From positions 1-57,405 of IMG/VR virus record IMGVR_UViG_3300045988_073597: a DNA stretch of 57,405 nt, one strand, 5' to 3'. Under the pieces are notes generated by a model, which was not told where the DNA came from, did no database searches, and worked only from the letters and a program-made list of their open reading frames with translations. This DNA comes from a virus. The position numbers and the translations under genes are program-made. Position 1 is the first letter of the stretch. The number at the start of each line of letters is the position of its first letter. Below, piece after piece: positions 16,593 to 25,832 of this stretch.

Positions 16593-16871
16593 ATGAAAAA
16601 CAAATACTTTTCAATTAATGAACTTGACACACCTATCAGAGAACTTCCAAAAGTCACCCCGGAATATGAACCGGGCGAATCTCCAAGAGAATTATTAGAG
16701 AAGCAAATCGCCACTCTTGAAAAATCTCAGAAAGATATGGAGCAACTTTTGGAGCTTACTAAAAGTGAAGCTAAGTCTGCCAAAAAATCGGAAATAATTT
16801 CAATCGTGTGTGCCATAGCATCTATTGCGTCCACATTGTTTTCTACGCTATTACCCTTGCTATCGAAATAG
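16593..16871 (+). CDS. Counter-oriented tail-anchored membrane protein
   Basis: TGgTATAAT extended -10 at 16560-16568, GGAGGA RBS, C-terminal hydrophobic segment IISIVCAIASIASTLFSTLLPLL. Confidence 0.55.
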   Translation: MKNKYFSINELDTPIRELPKVTPEYEPGESPRELLEKQIATLEKSQKDMEQLLELTKSEAKSAKKSEIISIVCAIASIASTLFSTLLPLLSK

Positions 16872-16973
16872 CCAATCCAATAAGTGAAATACACAGAGCA
16901 GAGATGGACAACACTAATGTGAAATTCGAAAACCATTTCATGTTTTTACCTCTTTCTTCCTTATTAAATGTAC

Positions 16974-17702
16974 CTACACAAGCCTTATCTGAGCATTTGC
17001 ATATCTGATCTGTTCCTCAAGCACTTTCGGAACTTCATAACCACTGATAAGATCGTGAGCATCATCAATCCATTTTCTCTTGATTGATTTGTAAGATGAT
17101 ACGCAACCGTACTCACGTTTCAGCTGTCGGTAAATATCTTTAAACACTGAACTTCTAATACTTCCGTCACGATATGCTTCACTTGTCTTTCCACCAAGCA
17201 CATCTACAACCTTGCGATTAACGTGATTTTTGATATCATCAATCTCGCACCCATACAGTGGCATGTCATTCTCCAAAGAATCAATCTTTTTCTCAACGTC
17301 AGAAACACGCTCGTTCAGTTCCGTATTTCCAAGTGCCAGAAGTTTAATCTGTTCCGCTGTTGACATCGGTTTGCGATAACCACCTGTTTTGCGGATTGTT
17401 GGGAGAACTTCTGATGTTACCCAGTGTTTGAATCTTTTTGCTGATTCAAGTTTGCTGCCGAAAATCAACGCATATAAACCGGATTCATTGATAACTGTCT
17501 GATTTGGGTTTCCTCTTTTTCCGTCGGAAATCACGACGGTATTCTTATCCTCGTCCGCAACGTGTGTTGATAGCGCATCTCTTGTATTGGAATACCCTAA
17601 TGCTTCTGCAACATCTTTTCCGACAAAATATATTTCATTGTCAATAGTTACCGTTCTGATTTCACCGAACTCTTCTGAATTAAAAATCTGTAATTCGTTC
17701 AT
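16974..17702 (-). CDS. Antirepressor (Bro-N domain, ORF6C-type C-terminal domain)
   Basis: FNSEEFGEIRTVTIDNEIYFVGKDVAEALGY...ESGLYALIFGSKLESAKRFKHWVTSEVLPTIRKTG. Confidence 0.8.
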   Translation of the reverse strand: MNELQIFNSEEFGEIRTVTIDNEIYFVGKDVAEALGYSNTRDALSTHVADEDKNTVVISDGKRGNPNQTVINESGLYALIFGSKLESAKRFKHWVTSEVLPTIRKTGGYRKPMSTAEQIKLLALGNTELNERVSDVEKKIDSLENDMPLYGCEIDDIKNHVNRKVVDVLGGKTSEAYRDGSIRSSVFKDIYRQLKREYGCVSSYKSIKRKWIDDAHDLISGYEVPKVLEEQIRYANAQIRLV

Positions 17703-17761
17703 TTGTTCTTCACCTGCTTTCTGTGATATAATTGTTCAAAAAAAATCGGAGGATTCATGCA

Positions 17762-18085
17762 ATGATTTTTAAAAATGATATAAAACTACTAAAAATAATC
17801 AAATCGACAACGCCAACACTTCCAAACGATTTCTACGACTGGAGCGAAATTTTTCAAATTTCAGGTATGTCTAAAACCGAATATCTCGTATCAATCCGAA
17901 ATCTTCATGAAAACGGATTGATTTCATTTGGCGACCATTCACAAACTGCTTTCCGCTTAGAAGCTTCAGGAATCTACTTTAAAGAATTTCAAAGCCAAAA
18001 TCTGAAACGGTATGTCATGGATAAGCTCGTTGATTTTCTCGCCGTAATCGTCGCTGTAATTGCCCTGATAGTTTCCATTGCCTAA
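17762..18085 (+). CDS. Counter-oriented protein with C-terminal membrane anchor
   Basis: TGaTATAAT at 17724-17732, GGAGGA RBS, ATG at 17762, C-terminus LVDFLAVIVAVIALIVSIA. Confidence 0.5.
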   Translation: MIFKNDIKLLKIIKSTTPTLPNDFYDWSEIFQISGMSKTEYLVSIRNLHENGLISFGDHSQTAFRLEASGIYFKEFQSQNLKRYVMDKLVDFLAVIVAVIALIVSIA

Positions 18086-18402
18086 TGCATTGATTCCAGT
18101 AATTTCCACCGTTCTTCAAATTCCGGTTCTGTCATGCACTTCTGGATAACCACATCGAGATATTTTTTGCGCTCTTTCGGTGTGGTCATATCCTCTATTT
18201 TTTTAACGTATGGTTTTAATATTGAGGATTTGGTTTTTTTACCGAAACTTTTTGAACTATCAGGCAGCCAATCAAATCCGATTGGTTTTCGCCCTATTCT
18301 TCTGTCCCATACGTTGTCAATGATGTTCCAGTAAATATCCAGAAGTTCTTCTTTTTCTCTGTGCTCAAGAGTTTCAAACATTTCCACTTTTTTTCTCACC
18401 AC
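18082..18402 (-). CDS. Hypothetical protein
   Basis: 106-aa ORF. Confidence 0.55.
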   Translation of the reverse strand: MVRKKVEMFETLEHREKEELLDIYWNIIDNVWDRRIGRKPIGFDWLPDSSKSFGKKTKSSILKPYVKKIEDMTTPKERKKYLDVVIQKCMTEPEFEERWKLLESMH

Positions 18403-18483
18403 CTTTTCTAAAATTCAATCTAACCTTTTGCTCGTTTTGTTTCCGTGGTATAATTAGTGAAACATAATTTTGGGAGGTTACAC

Positions 18484-18909
18484 ATGTTAAACTCAAATAA
18501 TTTTGATTGGTCTTATGTGATCTCTGGCATAACACTTGTTGTAGCCATTGTTTCACCAGTCCTTGTCACGATACTAAACAACTATCACAACTCAAAAATC
18601 CGAAAACTCGAATTGGATTATCAAAATCAACTTTCCTATTATCAGAAACAAGAATCCGTATTCAATTCCTTTTTGGAGTCAGCTTCTAAACAAATTAATC
18701 ATGATTATCCATCGGAAAGAAACGAATACATGCAATCTTACAATCAGCTTTTCCTCTATTCACCAGAAGAATACTGGGAACAATTCAAAAAACTGAATGA
18801 AGCCGTTGTAAATCGCAACAAAGACGAATCAACAAAATTACTATCGTCTACGGCAGTATCATTGGGAAAAATCCTGCAAGAATCTGCCCTAATGTTCCCA
18901 AAACTATAG
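18484..18909 (+). CDS. Counter-oriented protein with N-terminal membrane anchor
   Basis: TGgTATAAT at 18446-18454, GGGAGG RBS, ATG at 18484, N-terminus WSYVISGITLVVAIVSPVLVTIL. Confidence 0.55.
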   Translation: MLNSNNFDWSYVISGITLVVAIVSPVLVTILNNYHNSKIRKLELDYQNQLSYYQKQESVFNSFLESASKQINHDYPSERNEYMQSYNQLFLYSPEEYWEQFKKLNEAVVNRNKDESTKLLSSTAVSLGKILQESALMFPKL

Positions 18910-19030
18910 TAAAAATAACTCCCGGCATACCAAGACCATGTTCCGATTTTCCGTGCCAATATGACATTAAGCATGTAACCACAACGAATATGGTTATTGG
19001 TATTGCGTCTAGGACGCTATAATGTAGCAT
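18848..19030 (-). CDS. Small two-TM hypothetical protein
   Basis: ATG at 19030 after AAAGGTGGTGAG; hydrophobic 60-aa product; 3' end overlaps the convergent plus-strand gene. Confidence 0.35.
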   Translation of the reverse strand: MLHYSVLDAIPITIFVVVTCLMSYWHGKSEHGLGMPGVIFTIVLGTLGQILAGFFPMILP

Positions 19031-19057
19031 CTTAATTTCTCTCACCACCTTTTCGCA

Positions 19058-19078
19058 AACTATCATACTGTGATAGTT
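19058..19078. promoter_or_regulatory. Operator-like palindrome O1 (AACTATCA-N5-TGATAGTT)
   Basis: Perfect 8-bp inverted repeat with a 5-bp spacer, just downstream of the cro-like gene. Confidence 0.5.
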
Positions 19079-19288
19079 TTATCGTAAAAAAACATCTACT
19101 TTTTCTGAATCTGTCATATTGAGAAAATTTCCAAGATCATTAAGTTCAACAATAGTAAATGGTACTCTTCCATTCATTTTAGAATTAAAAGATGCAACGC
19201 TTTTTCCTATTGCATTAGAACACTGAATATAATTTTTGTCTTTCTCTCTGATGATTCCTTTTAACTTAGACAAATTCATATATCTCAC
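19079..19288 (-). CDS. Cro-like small regulator (DUF739-like)
   Basis: 69 aa; divergent from the CI-like repressor; first gene of the leftward early operon. Confidence 0.6.
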   Translation of the reverse strand: MRYMNLSKLKGIIREKDKNYIQCSNAIGKSVASFNSKMNGRVPFTIVELNDLGNFLNMTDSEKVDVFLR

Positions 19289-19314
19289 TCCCTTTCTTTC
19301 ATCTTATGACAGAA

Positions 19315-19335
19315 TAATATCACACCATGATAGTT
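19315..19335. promoter_or_regulatory. Operator-like palindrome O2 (TAATATCA-N5-TGATAGTT)
   Basis: Same architecture as O1, in the cro/cI intergenic region. Confidence 0.45.
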
Positions 19336-19379
19336 ATGTCAATCGTATTATGAAAGTTTTTTATAAAAATTGTTTACTT

Positions 19380-19400
19380 TTTTATCATATTATGATAGTA
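19380..19400. promoter_or_regulatory. Operator-like palindrome O3 (TTTTATCA-N5-TGATAGTA)
   Basis: Same architecture, 30 bp upstream of the cI-like start. Confidence 0.45.
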
Positions 19401-19431
19401 TTATCATATCATTACAGAAAGGAGAAAAAAC

Positions 19432-19797
19432 ATGAGTAGCGAACAATATTGCATTAAGGTTGGAAACAGAATTAAAGTAGCCAGAAAGGACAAGGGAATA
19501 ACTTTAAAAGAACTTGGAGAAAAAATAGGTCTTACAGAAGCAACTATTCAAAAGTACGAATCTGGTAACATAAAAAATATTGATGTTGAGCTTTTAAAAA
19601 GAATGGCAACAGTATTAGAAGTAGATCCAGCTTTATTAGCCGCATGGGAAGATGATTACAAAATAAGTCCATCAGATAAGGAATCTATGGGAAAACAGTA
19701 CGGTGAAATCATAAAAATATACAGCCAGCTTACACCGGGGCATAAAATGGCTGTACTTAATTTAATGAAAGATTTGTTAGATTGTCAAGAAAAGTAA
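19432..19797 (+). CDS. CI-like XRE-family repressor
   Basis: HTH ITLKELGEKIGLTEATIQKYESGNIKN; GGAGAAAAAAC-ATG RBS; divergent from the cro-like gene. Confidence 0.8.
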   Translation: MSSEQYCIKVGNRIKVARKDKGITLKELGEKIGLTEATIQKYESGNIKNIDVELLKRMATVLEVDPALLAAWEDDYKISPSDKESMGKQYGEIIKIYSQLTPGHKMAVLNLMKDLLDCQEK

Positions 19798-20066
19798 ACG
19801 GTTTCAATATATTCTAACAAATTCTTACATTCTATCATAGGGAGTATATCTAAGAGTTCATCAATTTTCTTGATATACTCTCTTTTCAATTCTAGTGTTT
19901 CTTCCTTGTAATCCACAGCAATTCCCCCTTTGAATTTTACTCTGAAATAATTATAGAACGTATGTTCTTTATTTTCGAGTATTGATTTTTGATATCAGCT
20001 AGTATAATATAGATTATGCGAACAAATGAGGAAATTTTGTCGATAATTTGGCAAAAGAAGAAAAAA

Positions 20067-20095
20067 AGAGCAACCAATAACGGTTGCTCTTTTTC
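20067..20095. terminator. Bidirectional intrinsic terminator
   Basis: agagcaacc-aataac-ggttgctct flanked by an A-run and a T-run, between convergent genes. Confidence 0.7.
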
Positions 20096-20100
20096 CTTTA

Positions 20101-20619
20101 TTATTTTACTTCATAAGAAGCAGATTTGTATGTTATCACATTTCCTGTGGGTTCATCTGTATCATATTGAACAGCTTCTACAGTATGAGTACCCTCTGAA
20201 AGCATATCTCCATTAATAATCAAGCTACCGTCAGTATCGGAAATCTGTTCTTTATCATTTTCCATTCCGTCAATATAGAAAAAAGTTAGATGTGAACCAT
20301 CCATTCCTCTTGCACTATATCCAACTTCTGTCATTAATATACCGGCATCTTTTAAAAATACAGGAATGTTACCATCTTCTGATGTTCCACTAGATGTTGA
20401 AATAAAAAATGTTCCAGAACCCATGTCAGAAAAATCAGAGCCGTCAAAATCTTTGTTTGAATCTTCTTTTGCTTCTTCCTTTGATTCCTCTTTGTTTGCA
20501 GATACTTCTTTTTTAGTATCGTTTGTTTTTGGCTCTGATACTGTTTTGTTACCGCATCCGACAAAACAAGAAGAAATAGCCATTACTGTGCATAATAAAA
20601 ATACAACTTTCTTTTTCAT
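20101..20619 (-). CDS. Lipoprotein (moron between immunity and lysis genes)
   Basis: MKKKVVFLLCTVMAISSCFVGCGN signal peptide with lipobox; acidic/Ser-rich linker. Confidence 0.75.
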   Translation of the reverse strand: MKKKVVFLLCTVMAISSCFVGCGNKTVSEPKTNDTKKEVSANKEESKEEAKEDSNKDFDGSDFSDMGSGTFFISTSSGTSEDGNIPVFLKDAGILMTEVGYSARGMDGSHLTFFYIDGMENDKEQISDTDGSLIINGDMLSEGTHTVEAVQYDTDEPTGNVITYKSASYEVK

Positions 20620-20683
20620 TTTATCCCCTCCGATTAATTGAATAGTTTATAGAAATAATAGCACACACATTGAAAAATGGCAA

Positions 20684-20710
20684 TAAAAAAAGAGGGGCAA
20701 AACGCCCCTC
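20684..20710 (-). terminator. Intrinsic terminator after the endolysin gene
   Basis: gaggggc-loop-gcccctc followed by a T-run on the minus strand. Confidence 0.7.
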
Positions 20711-20715
20711 AATCA

Positions 20716-21696
20716 TTAGTCAATATGAACTTTTCCATTTACAACCTTGCAGGTCGCATCTCCGGTGTAGTTAAAATCAACAGCCCCGTTGAGCACAAGC
20801 CAGATTCCTTGGTCATTCTGAACCAATCCAGTATAGCTAAAATCAACAGCTCCATTCTTCAGATAGAACCATCCATTCTCGTTCTTCGCCAGACCGTTAA
20901 AATCAAAATTTACTTTTCCGTTTTCGATTCTCCACCAGCCGTTTTCATTCTGAGCAATTCCGGTGTAGCTAAAATCAACAGCTCCATTGGTTACCTTCCA
21001 CCAACCATACTCATTCTGGGCTACGGTATTTGCCCCGAAATCAACCGCACCGTTCCGGACATACCACCAGCCATTCACGTTTTGCGCAAGCCCGGTGTAG
21101 TATGCCGCTACCTGGTTGTCTTTGTAATAGTACCAGTTTCCGTCAGCGGCTGGCTGATTGGCAAGACCGTCTGGAATACTTGGTTGCGTCAGTCTACCGT
21201 GAAACTCCTGCTCCCAGAGTGCATCATCCACCCAGTAGGCCGGGCATGGCTTTCCGTTGACGTCATAGTGCCGGATTACACGATCAACCGGGACGTTGTA
21301 TTTGCTCATCAGCTCTTTTACAAGATCAAGAGCGTTGTTGATCGTCGCTTCTGTTGCTTTTACTGTTCCATTTTTTGTCGTGTCGCACAGCTCCACGTTC
21401 AGCGTGTTTGCATTTTTCGCAATACCATACAAACGTCCACCGCCATTGTTGTACTTTCTTCCACCAACAGCCCATGCAACACGATCGTCTGGAACCGAAT
21501 GCACTACAGTCGTATCATCCACGAAATAATGTGCTGATGCCTTCCTGTTTTCACCTTGAAAATATTTACCGTTATTTTCTGCTGTGTCTCCATCATTACT
21601 TGTAAAATGCACTGCGATATATCCGATGCTGTGCAATGCTCTATACGCTCCGTAGTTTGTTTTAGAAGCCCACATTTCCTTTAATACATAAGACAT
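20716..21696 (-). CDS. Endolysin: N-acetylmuramoyl-L-alanine amidase with C-terminal choline-binding-type cell-wall repeats
   Basis: Amidase_2-like N-terminus (AVHFTSNDG...ASAHYFVDD...NVELCD...RHYDVNGKPCPAYW); about seven ~20-aa GW..NG.VDF repeats. Confidence 0.85.
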   Translation of the reverse strand: MSYVLKEMWASKTNYGAYRALHSIGYIAVHFTSNDGDTAENNGKYFQGENRKASAHYFVDDTTVVHSVPDDRVAWAVGGRKYNNGGGRLYGIAKNANTLNVELCDTTKNGTVKATEATINNALDLVKELMSKYNVPVDRVIRHYDVNGKPCPAYWVDDALWEQEFHGRLTQPSIPDGLANQPAADGNWYYYKDNQVAAYYTGLAQNVNGWWYVRNGAVDFGANTVAQNEYGWWKVTNGAVDFSYTGIAQNENGWWRIENGKVNFDFNGLAKNENGWFYLKNGAVDFSYTGLVQNDQGIWLVLNGAVDFNYTGDATCKVVNGKVHID

Positions 21697-21786
21697 AGAA
21701 TCACTCTCCTATATAAATAACGGGCAGTGGTACTGCCGTCCACCTCCTAAGCAAACGGCTCATTCCCACATAGATTTGCCCGTGTA

Positions 21787-24700
21787 TCAACCATTAAAAA
21801 AGTCAATATAACCATATACTCGAAAACCAGTACCAGTACATTCAAACAATTCAGTAACACCAAGAGCCGTTACTGTTCTGAACGAAACCGAACCGTCCAT
21901 TGTTATTTCCATAAAACCAGGCCACCAAGTTCCCTCTGCTGCATTAAGAAGCATTACCCACTGGTATACGGTGTTTCCTTGCGGTGGATATGGACAGCTT
22001 TCAACAGCACCGACAAATTCTCCGTTCAATTTGATAAATGTTCTCTTGCCATACTTATACCATCCATTGCTATTTTCCAAATCAAATTCACCTTTTGGAA
22101 GATTCCGCATATGTACCTCGGCAGTATATGGATCCACAACAAGTGCGGCGGTAAGAGAATTGTTTACCGTATCAACATTTTTCCATTCGTAGTTATCTTT
22201 CTGACGATCATTTGCAATCATTACCTTCGATGAAACAATGCTATCTGCGGTAATTTTTCCACCAATATTAGCATTGCCACCGTTTTGAACCGTCAATTCG
22301 TTACATGAAACTTGTCCAACGTTATCAACGGAAAAGTATGTGTCATAACCAGAGCCAGAAATGAATTCTTTGATTTCTATGAGGTTTAAATTATCATCAC
22401 TTTCTCCAAAATAAAGTTCACCTCTTGTGCCGTTAAGCGTATAAAGTTGATTACCAGAAATATGAAATCCTGCAACTTGGCTTTCTCCGGTAATTGACAT
22501 ATTTGTTGCAGATATTTTATGTGCAAACAACTCTTCTGTATCTATCTCCTGCGATGTTACAGATTTTGCATATATCTTTCCACCATCAATATATGTCAAA
22601 TCATTGTTTTTGCACCATTGCAAGATAGTTTCGTCTGCGGTGGCTCCCATTTTTTGAAATTTACCTCCAAGATTACGGTATATCGGATGTTCCGCTTGCA
22701 GCATAATCGTATCGGAAGCATAAGCAATTCCTACAAGCATGTAGTAATAACCATCCATTGTGGTTGGTACAGTCTGCACAAGCGGTTGCTTTGAAACTGG
22801 TTTGAACCTGCTGCCATCCAGAACACCTTGTAAATATACCGCCATGTATGGCGATAATGTAACTTCCTGTGTGGCGTTTACATTAAAAGCTATCACGGTA
22901 TAGTTATCTGTTCCTGTGGCATATTTTTCTATTGCAGAATTTGCGAACAGAACCGGATAGGATATATCAAAGTCGGTTCCGTCATTTAACGGATGATATC
23001 CGCCTGAATTTCCAACAATCAGAGTTCCTGCTGATATAGCACTGCTTGCCTTTATCTCAGCGGCATACTTGGTTTTGTCGAAAGTATCACCAGTATCGTA
23101 ATTTGCATCGCACCACCAACCGGTGTATTTTCTGCCTGCAATGTCCACTCCATCTCTATATACCATTCTAATGATAGAACCAGCCGGATATTGTGTAGAC
23201 AGCGGTGTTGTGCCGCCATAATATATGCTCACAAGCCCTGTCATTCCACCATTTGCCAAACTAAGGTTAAGAGATGCTTCACCAATTCCGGAAAACGGTA
23301 GCCAGTATGTAATCTTTTGACCATCTTTCAGTGATGAAAATGGTGCATTTCCTCGCCACTGGCTTGTATTATGTGTTTGCGTTCCAGTGATGAACGGGTC
23401 GCTGTTCTCTGCCTTTTCTATTGCGTCTGCCGCATTTTCATTGGCTGTATTGATTCCTTTTGCAAGTGTAGGCTCCGTATCTATGGTAGAATCGTCATCC
23501 AAAACGATGTGCGTTCTAGTCCAAATATACTTACCGGAAACCCAGTCCGGATATATAAAATCCCATTCGCCGCCAGATAAGGAATATGAAGAATCAGACA
23601 GGTAATACTGTTCCGTTACGCTCTTTGTACCTCTTCCGGTGTTACCGTAAATTCCGATAATTCTAGGTGCTGTAATGTTTACAGTGCTGTTTGAGTAAGA
23701 TACAATATCATAATTCCACAGATATCTTTTTTTTGCCGTAGGATACTGGATTTTTAAGAGAAACCCAGATGTATGATTTGTTATTCCAGACGTTTTATCT
23801 GTAACCAGATAATAAGATGTGATTTCGTTAATAGAAACACCTTGATATCCGATAGTTTTCTTTGCCGTGTTTACAATCAATCCATCTGTATATACAGCAT
23901 TCTCATATACCCAAAGATACTTTTTATCTTCTGTTGGAATCGGCTTCGTTGTTGCGAACTCCGAATCTTCCGGTGGAACCGACATGGAATCAGATACAGC
24001 AAAATATTTCGTTATTGTTTTTATTCCATTTTCACTCGAACCGTATATGCAAACAGGATCGCTTTCAGATGTAGTACCGTTCCCGTAAGACAACCTTGTT
24101 TTTTGCCACATATACTTTCCGACTTCCCATGTTGGAGGATTAGTCTGCCAACCATCAGTAGGAGCTACTGTGTTTGAATCAGAAAGCGCATAGAAAATAT
24201 CAGAACCAATCACGCTTGATTCTTTTACATCGACTATAGTATTATTTACTTTCTCAACATTTCCTTCAATATCTTCTATGGCTTTTTCCACAGAATTTCC
24301 TTTTATCTTTACGGCTGCGCCAGAAACCGTGACATCTTTCGTATCAACATCAACAGAAAAAATAATATTTCCGTCATCATCTTTTACCGTGAGACTTCCG
24401 GTATTAATCCACGATGCATTGACACCGATTGCGGTTAAAATTCTGGCAATTACATCTCCGTTTACCATGATTCCGGCAGTCCAAACAAAATTTCCGTTGC
24501 TATCTTTACTCGTAGATACTGCAATCGCTTCTGCGGTCATTTTCCAAGCCATACTTGATTCTTTCAGTGTTGGCTTATCATGGATATAAAAAATCTTTCC
24601 ACCGGCAGAATCAGTTTCTTCGGTAGAATAGAAGCCAACCACATTCTCGACACGCTTGTTTAATGCTTCAATTGCGGATTTACGATCATTTTTTTCTTTT

Positions 24701-25830
24701 TCCACCAAATCTTTTGCTTTTGCATAATTTCTGGTGCCGTTTGAATACTTCTGCGAATTGTTCCTTATCGGTGATTCTGCGCTTGATCGGGTTGTCTGCG
24801 AGCCGTTAAGTGTATATGTTGTACCGGAAACGATCATTTTATACTGCCGGTTTTTTTCATCAGTAAAAACAACAATGTCTCCTGCTTCAATCGTAGGGTC
24901 TCCAATGTGAGTGATTTGACCGCTTCTGAATTTAAGACCAATAAATTCATCAGAAAGTCTTTCCACCACTTCTGCACCTATTCCGCTTACTATCAGATCG
25001 TTTTCCTCAATGGACACAACATAATCATCCGTTCCGGCAAAATATTCTTTCGGATCTGAATTGCTGTCTGAATTTTCTACAACCTTAAACCCGGTAATTT
25101 TAATGTCGTTTGTTGATAAGTCTTTTGAGAATGAGTTGTTGATAGAATGGTATTTTCCTTGATTATCTTCTGGATTATCAAGCGTAGCCCTGTCAAACCA
25201 TTTAATTTCCAGTTCGCCGTAGTTGTTGAATCTTGCAAAGCATCCACATAACTGGCATATCCACATAAGGGCTGTTCTACATGTAAGTCCATCTGACATA
25301 GGTTTTACATTTACCATAACTTCGCTGTGTGGAAAAGTAATTGTAGACAGCTTTACTCCGCAGTAGCTGCAAATTTCCGAAGCAATGCTTTCTAATTTAG
25401 CCGGATATAGCAGCTTTGAATCATATGCAACATCTAAAAGATACATGTTGTCGTAACAGGTCAAAGTGATAAGAGAACCGTTATATTGCGTATCTGCGAC
25501 GGCAAATGTGCCTTTTCGCATTTTTTCTACGGTTCCATCGTCTAACGTAAGACCTACGATAGCATCCAATTTTGCACCGTAAAAATCATAATCTGAATAT
25601 TCTTCATAAATATTATTCAAAATGACGGTACATTGGTTGATGATTGCACCGCCAATTTGAAATACGGAATCTTCCGAAACGGCATCTTCAATCGTGAAGC
25701 CACCAGACCACAAACAAGAGTTTGTAATCGGTATTTCTGTTCCGTCCGTAAGCGTCAGCGTAGAATAAACTCCAAAATTTCTGTTTCCATTTTTTATATT
25801 TTCTTTGTATTTATCAGATACAGTAATCAT
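21787..25830 (-). CDS. Tail-associated lysin/tail tip protein (Tal-like, 1347 aa)
   Basis: N-terminus typical of siphovirus endopeptidase-tail proteins; position after Dit and the tape measure; four internal YY..S...W...YLW modules. Confidence 0.75.
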   Translation of the reverse strand: MITVSDKYKENIKNGNRNFGVYSTLTLTDGTEIPITNSCLWSGGFTIEDAVSEDSVFQIGGAIINQCTVILNNIYEEYSDYDFYGAKLDAIVGLTLDDGTVEKMRKGTFAVADTQYNGSLITLTCYDNMYLLDVAYDSKLLYPAKLESIASEICSYCGVKLSTITFPHSEVMVNVKPMSDGLTCRTALMWICQLCGCFARFNNYGELEIKWFDRATLDNPEDNQGKYHSINNSFSKDLSTNDIKITGFKVVENSDSNSDPKEYFAGTDDYVVSIEENDLIVSGIGAEVVERLSDEFIGLKFRSGQITHIGDPTIEAGDIVVFTDEKNRQYKMIVSGTTYTLNGSQTTRSSAESPIRNNSQKYSNGTRNYAKAKDLVEKEKNDRKSAIEALNKRVENVVGFYSTEETDSAGGKIFYIHDKPTLKESSMAWKMTAEAIAVSTSKDSNGNFVWTAGIMVNGDVIARILTAIGVNASWINTGSLTVKDDDGNIIFSVDVDTKDVTVSGAAVKIKGNSVEKAIEDIEGNVEKVNNTIVDVKESSVIGSDIFYALSDSNTVAPTDGWQTNPPTWEVGKYMWQKTRLSYGNGTTSESDPVCIYGSSENGIKTITKYFAVSDSMSVPPEDSEFATTKPIPTEDKKYLWVYENAVYTDGLIVNTAKKTIGYQGVSINEITSYYLVTDKTSGITNHTSGFLLKIQYPTAKKRYLWNYDIVSYSNSTVNITAPRIIGIYGNTGRGTKSVTEQYYLSDSSYSLSGGEWDFIYPDWVSGKYIWTRTHIVLDDDSTIDTEPTLAKGINTANENAADAIEKAENSDPFITGTQTHNTSQWRGNAPFSSLKDGQKITYWLPFSGIGEASLNLSLANGGMTGLVSIYYGGTTPLSTQYPAGSIIRMVYRDGVDIAGRKYTGWWCDANYDTGDTFDKTKYAAEIKASSAISAGTLIVGNSGGYHPLNDGTDFDISYPVLFANSAIEKYATGTDNYTVIAFNVNATQEVTLSPYMAVYLQGVLDGSRFKPVSKQPLVQTVPTTMDGYYYMLVGIAYASDTIMLQAEHPIYRNLGGKFQKMGATADETILQWCKNNDLTYIDGGKIYAKSVTSQEIDTEELFAHKISATNMSITGESQVAGFHISGNQLYTLNGTRGELYFGESDDNLNLIEIKEFISGSGYDTYFSVDNVGQVSCNELTVQNGGNANIGGKITADSIVSSKVMIANDRQKDNYEWKNVDTVNNSLTAALVVDPYTAEVHMRNLPKGEFDLENSNGWYKYGKRTFIKLNGEFVGAVESCPYPPQGNTVYQWVMLLNAAEGTWWPGFMEITMDGSVSFRTVTALGVTELFECTGTGFRVYGYIDFFNG

Positions 25831-25832
25831 AC

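Noticed and set aside
20677-21537. 286-aa plus-strand ORF, and other long antisense ORFs in the track (for example 29277-29900, 43283-43807, 45835-46242)
   Set aside because: These are shadow ORFs opposite well-supported genes (endolysin repeats, tape measure, terL). They have low-complexity or hydrophobic junk translations and no RBS.
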